This document shows, in pieces, positions 15,316 through 30,640 of a stretch of 64,000 bases of DNA (positions are counted from its first letter, which is position 1; each line of letters begins with the position of its first letter). Source of the stretch: the human T2T-CHM13v2.0 reference genome, Homo sapiens. The stretch lies in NCBI RefSeq assembly GCF_009914755.1, contig NC_060936.1; one strand, written 5' to 3'. The notes under the pieces are model-generated. The model made no database searches, was not told the DNA's origin, and saw only the letters and a list, made by a program, of their open reading frames with translations. A program made the translations under genes and the position numbers.

Positions 15316-15648
15316 CAGGGACATGGAAGAAGCTGGAAGCCATCATTCTCAGCAAACACAGGAATTGAAAGCCAAACACCGCATGTTCTCACTCATAAGA
15401 GGGAGTTGAACAATGAGAACACATGGACACAGGGAGTGGAACACCACACACTGGGGCCTGTCGGGGGGTGGGGGGCCGGGGATGGAGAGCATTAGGACAA
15501 ATACCTAACGCATGCAGGACTTAAAACCTAGATGACAGGTTGATAGGTGCAGCAAACCACCATGGCACATGTATACCTATGTAACAAACCTGCACGTTCT
15601 GCACATGTAACCCAGAACTGAAAATAAAATTAAAATAAAAAATAAAAT
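15316..15648 (+). mobile_element. L1PA 3' end (5'-truncated)
   Basis: aagctggaagccatcattctcagcaaac...gcagcaaaccaccatggcac...A-rich tail. Confidence 0.92.
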
Positions 15649-15649
15649 C

Positions 15650-16230
<581 letters not shown>

Positions 16231-16789
16231 AAAAAGCTGCCTAATTTCTCTGATCTCCAAAGTGGAGAATGCAAAGCACTCTCTCTCCCAAGGCTGTGAT
16301 GAGGATTAAATAAGCTAATACATGCAAAGCACTTGGAACAATGTCTGACACACGGTAAGTGCTTGGTAAATGGTGGCTGTGTGTATTACATCATTCACGT
16401 TCCCTGAGTGGCTGCAACTATTTTACAATATGATCATGATCTCATTAATTTCTCCCTGACCCCAGCTGTGGGGCTGCAGGCAGAGCTCAGCACCAGGTCC
16501 AGTGTATTCACCAGATACCCCATATTCTGAAACTTGGAGGTCCATGTTTTAGGGACAGCTGAAGCAAACATGATACAGGGCGGGGGGAGTCAGGATGTTC
16601 ATAAGCGGAAGCTGTGCAAATGCAGCTGTTCATCTGGGATTTCCATATTTATTTAATTTTAAATCTCTTCCTGTTGGGATTGTTGAACAAGCCATTACAC
16701 TAATGGATGTAACCACAGGCTTGCACGGTAAAGCACCAGTTCACCACTTAGAGTGGACACTACACGCAATAAGCTCTATAATTTTTTTG

Positions 16790-18150
16790 AACTTTTAATT
16801 GAAATATAACATAATGCAGGAAAGCACACAAATCATTCAGCATCCAGCCCAATACATTTTCATGAAACAAACACACCCATGTAACCCTCATCAGCATCAG
16901 AAGAAGGAACATTACCAAGGCCTCCCAGGCAACCTCCTCATGTCCCCTTCCAGTCTCTAACACCCCAAAGAAAATCACTCTCCTGACTTCTAACATTTAG
17001 ATTTGTTCCTCTTGTCTTGAGCTTTAAATCAATGGAATTATTCAGTTAGCACTCTTATTGTACCTGGTTTCTTTCACTCAATATTGTCTTTCTGAGATTT
17101 ATCCATATTGTCTCTATTACTTGGAGTCTGTTCTCTCTCAGTATCTGCGTAGTATTTATTGCGTGAGGATAGCACAACTTATCCACTCTAGCATTGATGG
17201 ACATTTGGGTCATTTCCACTTTAAAGCCATTATGAATAAAGCTGCTATGAACACTCTTATACTTTTTTTTTGCTGAACATATGTACATACTTCTTTTCAG
17301 AAGATACCTAAAAGTGAAATAATTGGCTCATAGAGTTTGCATATGCTCAGCTTTAGAAGATACTGCCAGTTTTCCAAGCCCATTTTTTTTAAAGTTTAAA
17401 ACGCACAAATAATACAATCTAGAAAAGCTAGAAAATATCAATTAATATGTATACATAAGTAATAAAACTATCCATAATTACCCCAGGCAGGAATAGCCCC
17501 TATTTTGGCAGCTCAACTTGCAACAATTTTCTATGCATTCATGGATCCACGTGTATTTTTTACAGAAAAAAAACATTCCGTATAGACTACTTGCTTTTTT
17601 ATTTAGCAAAAGATTATGAGCATCTTTCACAGCCTCAATAAATGTACAGCTATATGTGACTTCATTTCTTTCAACTCTTTAGTATAAAAATGTTCAAATA
17701 TCTACAAAGGCAGACAATAATATAACAAATGGGCCAGGTGCGGTGGCTCATGCCTGTAATCCCAGCACTTTGGGAGGCAGAGAGGGGGTGGATCGCCTTG
17801 AGCCCAGAAGTTCGAGACCAGCCTGGGCAACATGGCGAAACCACGTCTCTATGAAAAAGAATAATATAACAAACTCCTATGCACCCATTGCTCAGATCAA
17901 TAATCATATCATAGCCAATCTGATTTCATTTATGCATTATCCTCTCTCTCATTATTTTGAAGCATTATATCATTTTATCTGTAAATATTTTAAACAACTA
18001 TTTAGAGAAGATAAGGACTGTTTAAAACCATAACGAAAATAACATTATTATATCTGAAAAAAGTCTTTACTATCCAATATCCACACAAACATAATAACTA
18101 TCTTTGCATGGATGCATTCTATTTCATTGTAAGAATGTAGCATTATTTAC
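16790..18150 (-). mobile_element. Old L1M fragments with nested FLAM (17732-17860, +)
   Basis: ttgaaatataacata...ttgatggacatttgggtcatttccac...gctgctatgaaca. Confidence 0.7.
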
Positions 18151-18199
18151 CTAACCAGTTTAAATTTTTAAGCATGCAGCTTTAAGACTCTCAATACTT

Positions 18200-18772
18200 A
18201 ACTGAAGTTGTCTAAATTTACACGGTGCTTCCATTGCTGACAACTTCATAAATGCCTGAAACAAAATAAACTTTTCTCATAAGAAATGAAAGAAAAGCCA
18301 GAAATACGGTGTAAAGAGGCTGAAAGTACTTCAGACGTGACTTTTTGCTCTTCTGACTTTAGCGTAGTCATCAGCAGCAAGTAAGCAGTTTATGGAAAGC
18401 AAAATGAAAAGAGACAGTGTTCATGAAAGTAACTCTCCCCCTAAATTTACTGGCAATGCCCAGCTGAGCCACACAGACAGTGCCAACGTGCATCAGGAAT
18501 ATCACTTTCTACCTGTAGGATTCTTTATTTAAAGTCTTTGTCCTACTCAGTAACATCCTAGGCTCAGCCTTTTCTTTAATACCAGCAACTTCATTAATGA
18601 TTGTTCTGATGGCTTTTACTCCATTGAGCTAATTGCCAATGTCTCCAATCTATTTGCCTTTTTCAATACAGATGGAAACTTCTATTTTTCCTGAAAAGAC
18701 TGTAGCCTTTGAATACTTCTTTGTCTGGGTCTTCTCTGTCATATTAACTGATATTTTGCAGTCATGATTTTG
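18200..18772 (-). mobile_element. Possible ancient CR1/L3 LINE endonuclease-region fossil
   Basis: Minus-strand frames give FKGYSLFRKNR (cf. CR1 'GYKLFRKDR') and DVTE*DKDFK*RILQ; many stops and frameshifts. Confidence 0.35.
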
Positions 18773-19149
18773 CTTAAAAGTAAAATAAAATAAAGTTATA
18801 TTAAAAAGCCAGAAATCTCACAAGCTCACCAAGCTAACCTCAGAACACCTGTATAGTTCTCAGGAGTAACAACTGGGATGCTAGACGGGAAATGGCCTTG
18901 CAGCCCACTGTGGGGAAAGGGACGTGTCTGTCACTTTTCCAACCCGCAACCTACAAGAGTTCAAAGTCATGATAATAATAATAATAAAACAGCAGGCAGT
19001 TTAAACCCCATTGTTTCCAAATTATTGCTTACAAATATATTTCAACAGGTATTAATTTCCTCACGGCTCTATTCCAAAGTGTATGAAAACAAAAACTGTC
19101 TTTAAAACCAGCTTCCCAATCACCTACCTGATTTAATGTATTCACGGGC

Positions 19150-19350
19150 AATAGAACAAAACATGGCTTTTGGAGCCAGCATGAATCCTGGCTCTACCAC
19201 CTACTAGCTTTTTGAGTACGGATGAGTTACCTAATCTCTCTGAGTCTCACTGCCCTCATCTATGAAATGGGGACAATAATAAAGTCTGCCTCACAGGGTT
19301 GTGAATTAAATGAGTTAACATGCACATACCTGGCACATAGATGACATAAG
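19150..19350 (+). mobile_element. MIR
   Basis: tgaatcctggctctaccacctactagct...ctcatctatgaaatggggacaataata. Confidence 0.8.
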
Positions 19351-20039
19351 TGTTACACACAGGCACACATACACACACACATACACCAATATCTCTGAAG
19401 GCTCAATTCCAGCTGCTTAACTATGCCATCAGGACTCTGTCCACTCTGCAGGTGAGATTTTCTTATTATCTGTGCAGGGACCCAAAGTTGTCTCATTCCT
19501 GTCTGATGGGAAAATCAGATGCCAGAAAGCATACAGCTAAGAAACTTAAGGTTCTATAGTTTGTTGTTTGCCTTGAAAGACAAACAGCTAGATACTTTTC
19601 AGACATCGTTTTCAGGATAACGTTAGGTAACACAATGAAAGCGTTTAGAATAGAGTTGTCACAGTACGTGTTGGCTCTTGTCATCATCAGAGTTCTTCTT
19701 ATTACTATTTATTAGAAGTAGAGCCAATGGCTTGAATCAATGGGAAAAGAAAAGGCTAGATAAGAGTTAATTCCTTTCCTTTCTCATAGTCTCGTCACTG
19801 GGAGAAAAGTGAATAAGAACATCATAAGGGCCATTTCTTTTGTAACATGAACTGAGCTACAAATTCAAGTCTCGCTTCTTTTATTTTTCCAGTTAGCCAT
19901 AGGCCATTACGTGAATTATTCATGGGAAGTCTAGAGTCTCCCTCTAGGAGCCTCATCTTTCCCTTGAATTGTCTAATAAGCTGAAGTTTGTTATCCCACA
20001 GAAAGTTGGCGCTGTGTCCTCCACTGCCATTGCTTCTCA

Positions 20040-20058
20040 TGGCCACAAGGTGGCGCTG
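20040..20058 (+). promoter_or_regulatory. CTCF binding motif
   Basis: TGGCCACAAGGTGGCGCTG, close to the CTCF consensus, in non-repeat DNA with its CpG retained. Confidence 0.7.
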
Positions 20059-20345
20059 TACAAAAACAGGTCCTCCAAGGTCTTAGAGACCACGCTGGCC
20101 ACTCTTCTCTGACATCTCGCTGATCCACACCATCATCGCTCTCAGAACCCAGAGCGTTTGATTAAATACCTTCCCCCGGACAACCAGGCTACCTGGACAA
20201 GGGAGGCTACCTTTAGGAGCTATGGGATACCTTATCCCTGCTCGATCTAAGGGAAGTTGCTCTAATGTCTAACCAAAGTGATTTTCTGGCCCTTTCTTGC
20301 TGAAAAACTTACAGGAAGAGCAAAATGGCTTTTTTTTTTCTATTA

Positions 20346-21003
<658 letters not shown>

Positions 21004-21141
21004 TCAGGAAATTCTGATGTCATCGTGCCTGCAGTGTCCCATTTTTTAAAAGTGAATGGCCTGACCCTTCAGCATCTATGACTATGTGTTAAGCTTTAGA
21101 AATTATTCAGGGTTGGATTAGCTTCGAAAGAGTGTTTCCTG

Positions 21142-21496
21142 GAATACTACTCAGCCATAAAAAGGAATGAATTAATGGCATCTGCAGCAACCTGGATGAG
21201 ATTTGGGACTATTCTTCGAAGTGGAGTAACTCAGGAATGGAAAACCAAATATCGTATGTTCTCAAGCTAAGCTATGAGGACGCAAAGGCATAAGAACGAT
21301 ACAATGGACTTTGGGGACTTGGAGGGATGGGGACGGGGGGTGAGGGACAAAAGACTACAAATATGGTGCAGTGTATACTGCTTAGGTGATGGATGCACCA
21401 AAATCTCACAGATCACCACTAAAGAACTTACTCATGTAACCAAACACCACCTGTACCCTAATAACTTATGGAAAAATTTAAAAATAATAAATAAAT
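21142..21496 (+). mobile_element. L1MA/L1PB 3' end
   Basis: gaatactactcagccataaaaaggaatga...caccactaaagaacttactcatgtaacc; TSD agtgtttcctg. Confidence 0.88.
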
Positions 21497-21759
21497 AGTG
21501 TTTCCTGACAGAATATGGGTGCAAAGTTAAAGAAACCAAATAGAGCATTGTTTTGCAAGACAGTCTCAAAAAAAAAGCTTACATAGGAGTCCATTAAATA
21601 AAGCCATATCTAAACAACTAGTTAAAACAGGAATCTGAATCTCTATCCTTGCTCTGAGACAGCTCAAAATGCACATTAACTGAAGAGCAATTCCTAAATC
21701 TCATGAACCTTTCCTGAAGGTCTACTATTACACAAGCACAAGGATTGGGTGGAGATGGG

Positions 21760-21910
21760 AGCAGTATATGTTCAGGGCAAGACTGCCCTTTTGCACAATT
21801 CCAGGGGGCATCATTCACAATATATGCTCAAGGGTGAATGTCGCCACAATTTGTAGAGTACAATGTCAATGATGCCCCTGGGGCCGTACAACTGAACAGC
21901 CCTTTATTGG
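21760..21910. mobile_element. MER91A-like (hAT-Tip100)
   Basis: tgcacaattccagggggcatcattcac...gatgcccctggggccgtacaac. Confidence 0.55.
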
Positions 21911-23208
21911 TAGCTATACAAAGATAAAAATAAAAGCTTAAAGAGCTGGGATGGGGAGGTTACAGAAGGATGTGGGAGGAAGGATACAGGAAGAAAAAAA
22001 GGGAGAGGGAGAGGGAGGACGGGAGACAGAGAGAATGAATCACAGGCCAAATTATGAGTCAGAGTGTCTACGATGGTTCACTGGATATAGCTTTAAAAGC
22101 TGTGTGTGGATGTGTGTGTTTGGGTTCATTTACCTTTTACTTGCATGGCCCCTGTAAGTTTTTTGTTTTTGTTTTTTTTTAATTTGTACCCTTTGGATAT
22201 TTTTGGTCTAGAAAAGATAATAGGCAATAATCAGATTTTTAAAAAGTCACAGGGAGTTGGTGGAGATATCCCAGACGGAGAAAGCAATCTGCACATGATT
22301 ACAGGCAAGGACCTGGAAGGCTGGGTGCCTTCTACTAAGCTCCTGCTGTGAGTCAGGCACTGGGCTAGGATTGAGGTAAGGTCATCTCAAATGTGAGAAG
22401 AAGACGAGAGGCGATAGCTTAATCCTGGGGATCAGGCAGTTAAGGGAATAGCTTTCATACTGACACAGCTCAGCAAACTCTGGAAGAAAGGAAGAGAGCT
22501 GGCCCGTGGTCCTGGAAAGAGGTTTTACATCTGCTGGGATCCCTCTGAATATATCGCAGTGAGGACGAGTGTCAGGTAACCACCCCATGTCCAGGAGGCA
22601 ATCAAAAGCCCTCTTTGCACGGTGACAGGCAAGACTCAAGTTGTAAACTCAAAAGGGAAGCTTTGACAACACCTCCTTGCAACTGCATTGCGCCTCAGAC
22701 CCCTCCCACTTCCCCTTGTACTGATGCTTAGTGAAGGAGCCATTGTGAATTCCTAAGGAGTTGTGGGTCTCCAGCGAGCAGTCCCTGCCATCAATCAGGC
22801 AGAAGAACACCGATCGAACCATCACAGGCTGGTGGTCTTGTGCCTTATTCCATTGTCTGTTGTTTGTCCTGAAATTATAAACCAGGGGGTAATTTGGAAA
22901 TTGTTGGTGTGCCCTGGAAAAAGCCTCTCTCCCTGCTAATGCATTTTTCTATATCCACAATGGCAGGTCCATAAGAGCAATCCCTCCCATTCCATTTAGT
23001 CATTAAGCACAATAGGTAATAACAGGGATGGCAGGGTGGAGCTTGCATTCTCGAAAAAAACATATTGAACCGGTTTATCTCAGAACTGAAAACTGACTGC
23101 TGAACAACTGCTATGCACAATACTTTGCTTCTGTTTTCTCATGTAGGGTAGCTGCCTGGGTGCTGACAGGTGGCAGGAAGTCACAGTGGCTAAGAAACTG
23201 GCTCCTGA

Positions 23209-23316
23209 GAATCGCCTGAACCCGGGAGGTGGAGGTTGCAGTGAGCTGAGATCGCGCCATTGCACTCCAGCATGGGCAACAAGTGAAACTCTGTCTCAAA
23301 AGAAAAAAAGAAAGAA
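23209..23316 (+). mobile_element. 5'-truncated Alu (right arm only)
   Basis: gaatcgcctgaacccgggagg...A tail; ~17-bp TSD aagaaactggctcctga / aagaaagtggctactga. Confidence 0.88.
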
Positions 23317-23369
23317 AAGAAAGTGGCTACTGAGTCTAATAGAGGCAAACAGGCAAACTCATCGAGGCA

Positions 23370-23700
23370 GAGAGTATAAGAATGGTTGCCGGGGTGGGGT
23401 GGGGGAGGGATGGAGTGGAATGGGGACATGTTTGTCAAGGGTACACATTTTCACTTATGCAAGATAAATAAGTTCTGGAGCTCTAATGTACAGCATGATG
23501 CCTATAGTAACAATACTTTACTGTATACTTGACATTTGCTTAGCAGGTAGATCCTATGTTGTCTTATCACCAAAAAAAAAAAAGGTAACAATGACAGCTG
23601 ATGGATATATTAATTATCTTGATTGTGGAGATAATGTCACAAGGTATACACATATGAAATCGTCAAGTGGTATATCTTAAATATAAACAAATTTATTTTA
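23370..23700 (+). mobile_element. L1MA (older) 3' end
   Basis: gaatggttgccgggg...aataagttctggagctctaatgtacagcatg. Confidence 0.75.
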
Positions 23701-23709
23701 AAGAGGCGA

Positions 23710-23930
23710 TGACTCCAGGATTCAGACAGACCGAAATCCAAATCCTGGCATTGCCACCTTCTCATAGTGTGACTTTGGGCAAGTGGCTTCAATCCGTGAG
23801 CCTCAGTTTCTCCATCTTTGAAATGATAGTGTCTACCTGTAGGGCTCTTGTAGGAATTACATGATGTAACCCATGTGAGGCTTCAGAGACCTGCCTGACA
23901 CACAGAGAGTGAGCTAGAAACAGTAACTAT
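23710..23930 (+). mobile_element. MIR
   Basis: gtgactttgggcaagtggcttcaatccgtgagcctcagtttc. Confidence 0.75.
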
Positions 23931-25271
23931 CAAGAGCATGATTTTCCAAGCCTGAGCTTTCCCCAGGGCTTTTGCCCTCGAAGATATTTAGCTTCTTCTA
24001 CACCCCTCTAAGACATAATTTGCTTCTAAATATGATGGGGTAAATAGACAAGAATGGCGGTGGGGAGGGGAGGGGGTCTGGAAGAGGCGCATTAGGTTCC
24101 TTAGCAAGGCAGACTTGGCAATATTCTCTTTCCAGTGAGCTTCAGAACTCTTAATAGCAGTTGCCTAGAAACCAGAGCTGTGGTGGGCTTCTGCTGCCTT
24201 CCAGAAATCACCCTAATTGGGATGCATATAGAACTGTTTGTTGACACTTGGCAGGTTTTTATCCCTCTTCTTCCAGAAGAAATGCAGTCCTCTTACACAG
24301 CGTTACACAAACGCTGACTCACATTAATTAAACAGAAGCCCTGAGCCAAGGCACCTTTTAACCACATAGAAGTCAGGCGGTGGGGATTGCAGCCTGGTCA
24401 GCATCCTCTAATCCATTGACCATTTTAGGTTGCTGTCACTGTGTTTCCAAGGTATGGGGTGACTTTTTGGGGGGCAGGCAGGATGCTGTGTGGCCTGAGG
24501 GTCTATGTGTATGTGTATGTATATGTGAACAGGTCACAAAAGCTTGCCAAGTCCATGAGATTCTACCGTCAATCAAAGCACAACATGTGCACACTTGTGT
24601 AACTTGATATTAAATGCCAGATCTGCCTTCCCTTTGGGGGGTTTAAACACCACTCCTAGTCATGTGGCATAAGGTAGGTCAGAGACTGCATTACAAATGA
24701 AAGAAATAACTTTCCTGAGAGGCATGTAGGGAGCTTGTTTCATTTGATCACTTCTTCCAGAACACAGCTATATTCTAGTTCCTAGCTGGAAAAAAATATA
24801 TATATTTCAAAGGCATCCATTTATCTCTATCCTGTTTGGATCATTCAGCTTCTGCACATATAGTCCTATAACCTGCTCCATCCAAAGAAAATGCGAATGC
24901 ACCACATCAGTGTAAGAAGGTGCCATTATTACATGCCAAAAAAAAGGCGTGTATTTAATTAGCATTAAATTCAAGAATTTCAAATGGTTTAGTTACTCGT
25001 GCAATAGATATTCTTTAAGTAGTCTCTATGTGCTAGTCACTGTGCCAGGTTCTGAGGACGCAGGAAAGACTGAGAAATTGCCCTGCATTTAAGGAGCTCA
25101 GTCTAGTGGTGGGTGTGGGAAGGGAGAGTGCATGGCCAGACAGGTCAATCAGCAGGTTCATGGGAGAGACCAGGGGTGTCTAACCTAGCCCAGGAAAAGC
25201 AGAAGTAACTTCTGGTGGCGGGGGCGGGCAGGTAAGGCTCATACCTAATCAAGTTCTAAAGGATGAGTTGG

Positions 25272-25828
25272 GAAGAACTAAAAATAGATCTACCATTCAA
25301 TCCAGCAATCCCACTACTGGGTATACACCCAAAGAAAAATAAATCATTATTTTAAAAAGATACCTTCACTCATATGTTTATTGCAGCACTATTCCCCATA
25401 ACAAAGTCAAGGAATCAACCTAGTGTCCATCAACAGATGATTGGACCAAGAAAATGTGGTATACTACTTAGCCATAAAAAAGAATGGAATCATGTCTTTT
25501 GCAGCAACATGAATGGAACTGGAGGCCATTATCTTAAGTGAAATAACTCAGAAACAGAAAGTGAATTATTGAGTGTTCTTATTTACATTAAGCTAAACAA
25601 TGTGCACACATGTACATAGAGAGCAGAATAATGGGCATTGGAGACCAGGAAGGGTGGGAGGGTGGGAGGAGGGCTAGGGATGAGAAATTACTGGGTACAA
25701 TGTGCATTATTCAGTGATGGCTACATTAAAAGCACAGACTTCATTGATATATATGCAATACACCCATGTAACAAAATGATACTTCTACCCCCTAAATCCA
25801 TTAAAATTTTTTAAAAATTTTTAAAATA
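25272..25828 (+). mobile_element. L1MA/L1PB 3' fragment
   Basis: ccagcaatcccactactgggtatacacccaaag...; TSD aaaggatgagt. Confidence 0.88.
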
Positions 25829-25969
25829 AAGGATGAGTAGAAGTTTGCCAGGTGGAGAAGAGCAGAGCATTCTAGGCAGGACAAGCAAAGGTACTGAGAT
25901 GAAGAAGCGCATGGCTGTGCAGCAGAATATCTGGTATTGCTAGAGCATCAAGAGGTTAAAGACATGAGA

Positions 25970-26483
<514 letters not shown>

Positions 26484-28204
26484 TCAGCCCCATGGTGGGC
26501 AGAGTCCTGAAACAAAGCAAGGTCCAGCCAACGTGAAGGGAGGGGAACCACTGAAGGACTTAAAACAGGGATGCATTTTTCCACAAGATGTACATCTGCA
26601 CCTTTAGGGAGATAATTGGTGCAAGGTGGAAGAGCAAAATCATTTTGGCCATTACATTGCCAAGAGTTTTGAATTCCAAAGCCCCAGCTAAACATATCTG
26701 TTTAGCTGTTCAGTTCCTTAAGAGGTGTGTAGGGTGATAGGGGGTTTAGAACAAAGTGCCTTGCACTAGGAATCCAGAGACCCCCACCCAGCCCCACCCC
26801 AACCCCTGCACCATTATTGTCCTAGGTCTGCCTGTAATTTGTCATGTGATATGTCGCCTCTCTGGGCCTCAGTTTCCCCATCTGCAAAATGGGGGCTTGG
26901 GGCTTTCCCCAAGGGTCTTTTCACTCCAAAATTCTCAGTCTAGCTTCTGATTCAGGTCAGAAAAATAATCCCTAATGCCAAGCCATGGACATCAGGAGTG
27001 GAAGTCTCCGGCCCTCAAATGCCATCTAGAATGTAGATTCTTTGGCGGCAAAGTCCAAATCCTCTCAATTTTTGTATCTTTCCTCAGCATGGCACAGCAC
27101 CTTTTACACAGTCAGTGTCCAATAAAGATATCAGGAAGGAAGGAATTAAATGAATTGCATTCAAAATTAGGCAGAACACATGGAAATGGGATTGGCAAGC
27201 AGTGAAGAGATTTAGATTAGATAAATACTTACTGAGAGTACATTTGTGAATCATGAGAAATGTTGCCTGAAGATGTTGGTCCCTAAGTTTAGAGATAGAT
27301 AAGAATAGAACTGGCCCTCACCAAGAGATCAAATTACCAACATCATCTTTTCTTCTTCACTGAATCAACTAGCCATTTGATCAAAAATAGCATTAGGTCC
27401 CCACAATGCGCCAAAGGGATGAGGAGAGGGGTGGAAGAATGAGTATAATATGGTGTCTGCCTCCAAGGAATGTAATTTCTAGAGATTCGTTTAGCCAAAA
27501 CTCTGAAGCTACTTTGCATAGAGATATAGCTTTTTTGCATCTTAATTTCACTCATCACCTACTCATCTATGGGCGTATCCTACACTGATGAGAGGGCTTG
27601 CTTTTCTAATTGTGGCCCTGACAATTAGCAATAATGTGATTAGGTGAAAAGAACCAGTCCTCCCTCTTTATAAAGCAGTTTTGAATATCCAATTTAGAAT
27701 TGTACTTTCTCTTTGCATGGCATGTTTTAAGACCTTCCAAACTGCTTTTGCATCTATTTTCTGATTTTTTGTCTTTCACAACTACTCAGATAAGACAATA
27801 TTATCTTGAAGAATGGCTGAGCGAGACAGGCTTAGGCCCGAGAACCAGTCCAGACTCTGCTCCACCCAGACTGGGTACCTTTGCATTGATCAAATCACTG
27901 AACCTCTTAGCATTTCAGTTTCCACACAATGAAATGAGGCTAGCAACACTACTGAGGGTTGCCTTGAAGGATTGTTTTCAGAAGTTAAAGAAATCAGTAG
28001 CTGCAAAAGCTTTCTCACAGTTACTGGCACACGGTAATGAGTCATATTCTAGTTGTGATGATGGTGGTGGAAATGGCGATAGTGGTGGTGATGGTGGAGA
28101 TGGTAGTAGTAATAGTTATTCATTCCTAGATAACAGAACAGAGTGGTTCATGAATCTGTCTAAATCCCACAGCAATTTTTTGGTAGAGTTAGAGTTAGAA
28201 TTTG

Positions 28205-28521
28205 GCTTGTTTTTTTTTTGTTTGTTTGTTTGTTTTAGATGGACCCTCACTCTGTCACGCAGGCTGGAGTCCAGTGACGTGATCTCGGCTCACTGCCACC
28301 TCCACCTCCCTGGTTCAAGCAATTCCCCTGCCTCAACCTCCAGAGTAGCTGGGATTACAGGCACGCACCACCATGCCCAGCTAATTTTATTTTGTATTTT
28401 TAGTAGAGACGGGGTTTCACCATGTTGGCCAGACTGGTCTCGAACTCCTGATCTCAGGCAATCTGCCCACCTCAGCCTCCCAAAGTTTTGGGATTACAGG
28501 CGTGAGCCACCATACCCAGCC
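28205..28521 (-). mobile_element. AluS
   Basis: Full Alu; TSD agaa(t/c)ttggctt. Confidence 0.93.
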
Positions 28522-29139
28522 AGAACTTGGCTTTTTAACTGACATTAATGTATATCCCACTTTGGCCTAAACCCTTAGATTTGATTGTAATTTACTGTTA
28601 TCAGCACTGTCTTCCTGTGAAACATCCTGTGTGTTCACAGGCTGTGATATGGGATCTTCAGATTCTTCTTTCCATTTCTTTATCCTCCCCTCTTCCCTCC
28701 TCCTCCTTTTCTTCCATCGTCATTTTCTTTAATGAAGATCTGAGATAGAGATTAAATCAAAGAAGAATTAAGAAAAGAAAACCATTTAAAATAATTAGAA
28801 GGCTTCTGCATGTCATTTCCTATCCAGCAAAGCAGAGGTTAATTCCTGGGCCCCTTAGCTTAATACATTTCATTACTTACATGATAACCAAGCATTTTTC
28901 CTACCACCACTGGCACAGTGGACTCACAGACCTTTGTGAATTACTTCATAAGGCAATTTACTAAATCCCCAAATAATTGTAATCTAATTAGACTGTTCTT
29001 CCCATCACCCCCAGAGAAGAGAACCTCCTAGGCTCACCACTTGAACTAAGTGCCACTTCCCAGAACTCTGTGGGGCTTACAGCCAAACCACCATCCTGGT
29101 CATGTGCAAAGCAAGAAAGTTGTACCAGAAGGCATTCAT

Positions 29140-29345
29140 GGTGATGACTACAATGAAGAAGAAGAAGAAAGAAGAATGAGAAAGAGGAGAGGGAAGGGAA
29201 GAGGAGCAGGAGGAGAAGGAAGAGGAAGAGGAGGAGGAGGAGAAGGGAAAGGGGAAGAAGGAGGAAGAGAAGTCGATGATAATTTGATGATTGTGATGAT
29301 GATGATGATGATGATGATGAAAAATAAGAAGAAAAAAATGATAAT
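29140..29345 (+). repeat. GA-rich low complexity plus (GAT)n
   Basis: Directly visible. Confidence 0.9.
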
Positions 29346-29770
29346 GTTACCATGTATCGAACAGCTCCAGTGTGCTAGGCACCATACTAATTGCCTCTCA
29401 TATATGATTTTCAACAATGTCCCAGGATGGCTATTAATGTATCCAAATTTTAAAGGTGAGGAAAGGACATCTCAACGAGGTAAGATGACTCACAGACATT
29501 GAGTGATAAGGAAATCATGGCCAGTTAAACCTAGAACAGACCATTTCCAAAACCAGTGTATTTTTCTCATGTAATACTTTGGAATTAGCCTGCCTGTGTT
29601 TAAATTCCAGTGCCACCTCTTACTAACCCTATGGTCAGACTATTTGACTTCTTTGAGCCTTAGTTTCCTCATCAGCAAAATGGGGATAATAGTACTTACT
29701 TCATAGGATGTTGTGAAAGTTTGATGAGATAATGCATATAAAGTGCTTAGCTCAGTGCCTCACTCAAGCC
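29345..29770. mobile_element. Two MIRs in opposite orientation (- then +)
   Basis: ccaaattttaaaggtgaggaaa; ttagtttcctcatcagcaaaatggggataatag. Confidence 0.7.
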
Positions 29771-30109
29771 ATCACTATAGAGAGAAACCTCCTGTTTCTC
29801 TCTAAGTGCCACCACCCCCTCCTGTCCCAGCCCTCATTTCTTACAGGCTCAGACTCACCTGTTGCCTATTTACCAGCTGCCCTGGACACGCTCAGTGGAG
29901 ACTCTCCCAGGCCAAATTCTCTTGACAGAGTTTCATGTTTCTAAGTTTCCTTGTTACTACCCAATTATCTAAACCAGCCTCTCCCAATATCCTTTTCTGG
30001 TCCATGGCCATTGATTTAGCCAAGGACAATAGCATTTTAAATGTGTGAATTGTGATAGTTTGGTCAAGAAAAAAGAAAGAGGCAGAGAAAGAGATATTGT
30101 CTCTTGGAA

Positions 30110-30640
30110 CTGTATTCTGCTGCATGGTAGCAGAGCCCTGAAATCACTATGGCTTAAACAAAATAAAGAATTACCTCCCTCACATAAAAAGGGTTTACAT
30201 TTGGATGAAGGTGATCTAGTACTGGTATGGCAGCTTCCTGGTCATCCAGTACCTGGGTTCCTTCTAGGTTTTATCCACCATCCTCCGTATTTGCTTCCAT
30301 CTGCCAGAATTCCTCATGCTCAGAAAATGGCTGCTGGAGCAGCTTCAGGCAACAGAAAGGAACTGAAAAAGGGGCTAACGGGCATATGTTACCCAGCTTG
30401 CCAATTTCCTTTAAAGAATTTTCCCAGAAGCCTCTTTAAATGACTTCCACTTGTACCTCATTGGCCTAGCCTATCGGGAAAGGCAGCTGGGAAATATAGT
30501 TTTTGTTTGTGGTGGTTGTTGTTTGATTTTGCTTTGCTTTGCTGGTTGTTAATCTAGGCATATTGATGCCCACGATAATGTGGTCTATTACTAAAGAAGC
30601 TAGGCAAGTTGATACTTGGTAGGCAACTGGCACTTTCTGT
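30110..30640 (-). mobile_element. Old MaLR LTR (MLT1)
   Basis: tggcttaaacaaaataaag...aaaatggctgctggagcagcttcagg...gttgatacttggtaggcaac. Confidence 0.65.

Noticed and set aside
23391-23409. G-quadruplex motif (another at 62076-62095)
   Set aside because: The first is the ordinary L1 3'UTR G-tract; such motifs are common and there is no additional evidence of function.
27700-28542. 280-aa ORF
   Set aside because: Non-ATG start; runs through a MIR, GGT low complexity and an antisense Alu; a chance open frame.
28988-29502. Low-complexity ORFs (poly-E/G/M, poly-L/S)
   Set aside because: GA-rich and (GAT)n simple repeats.
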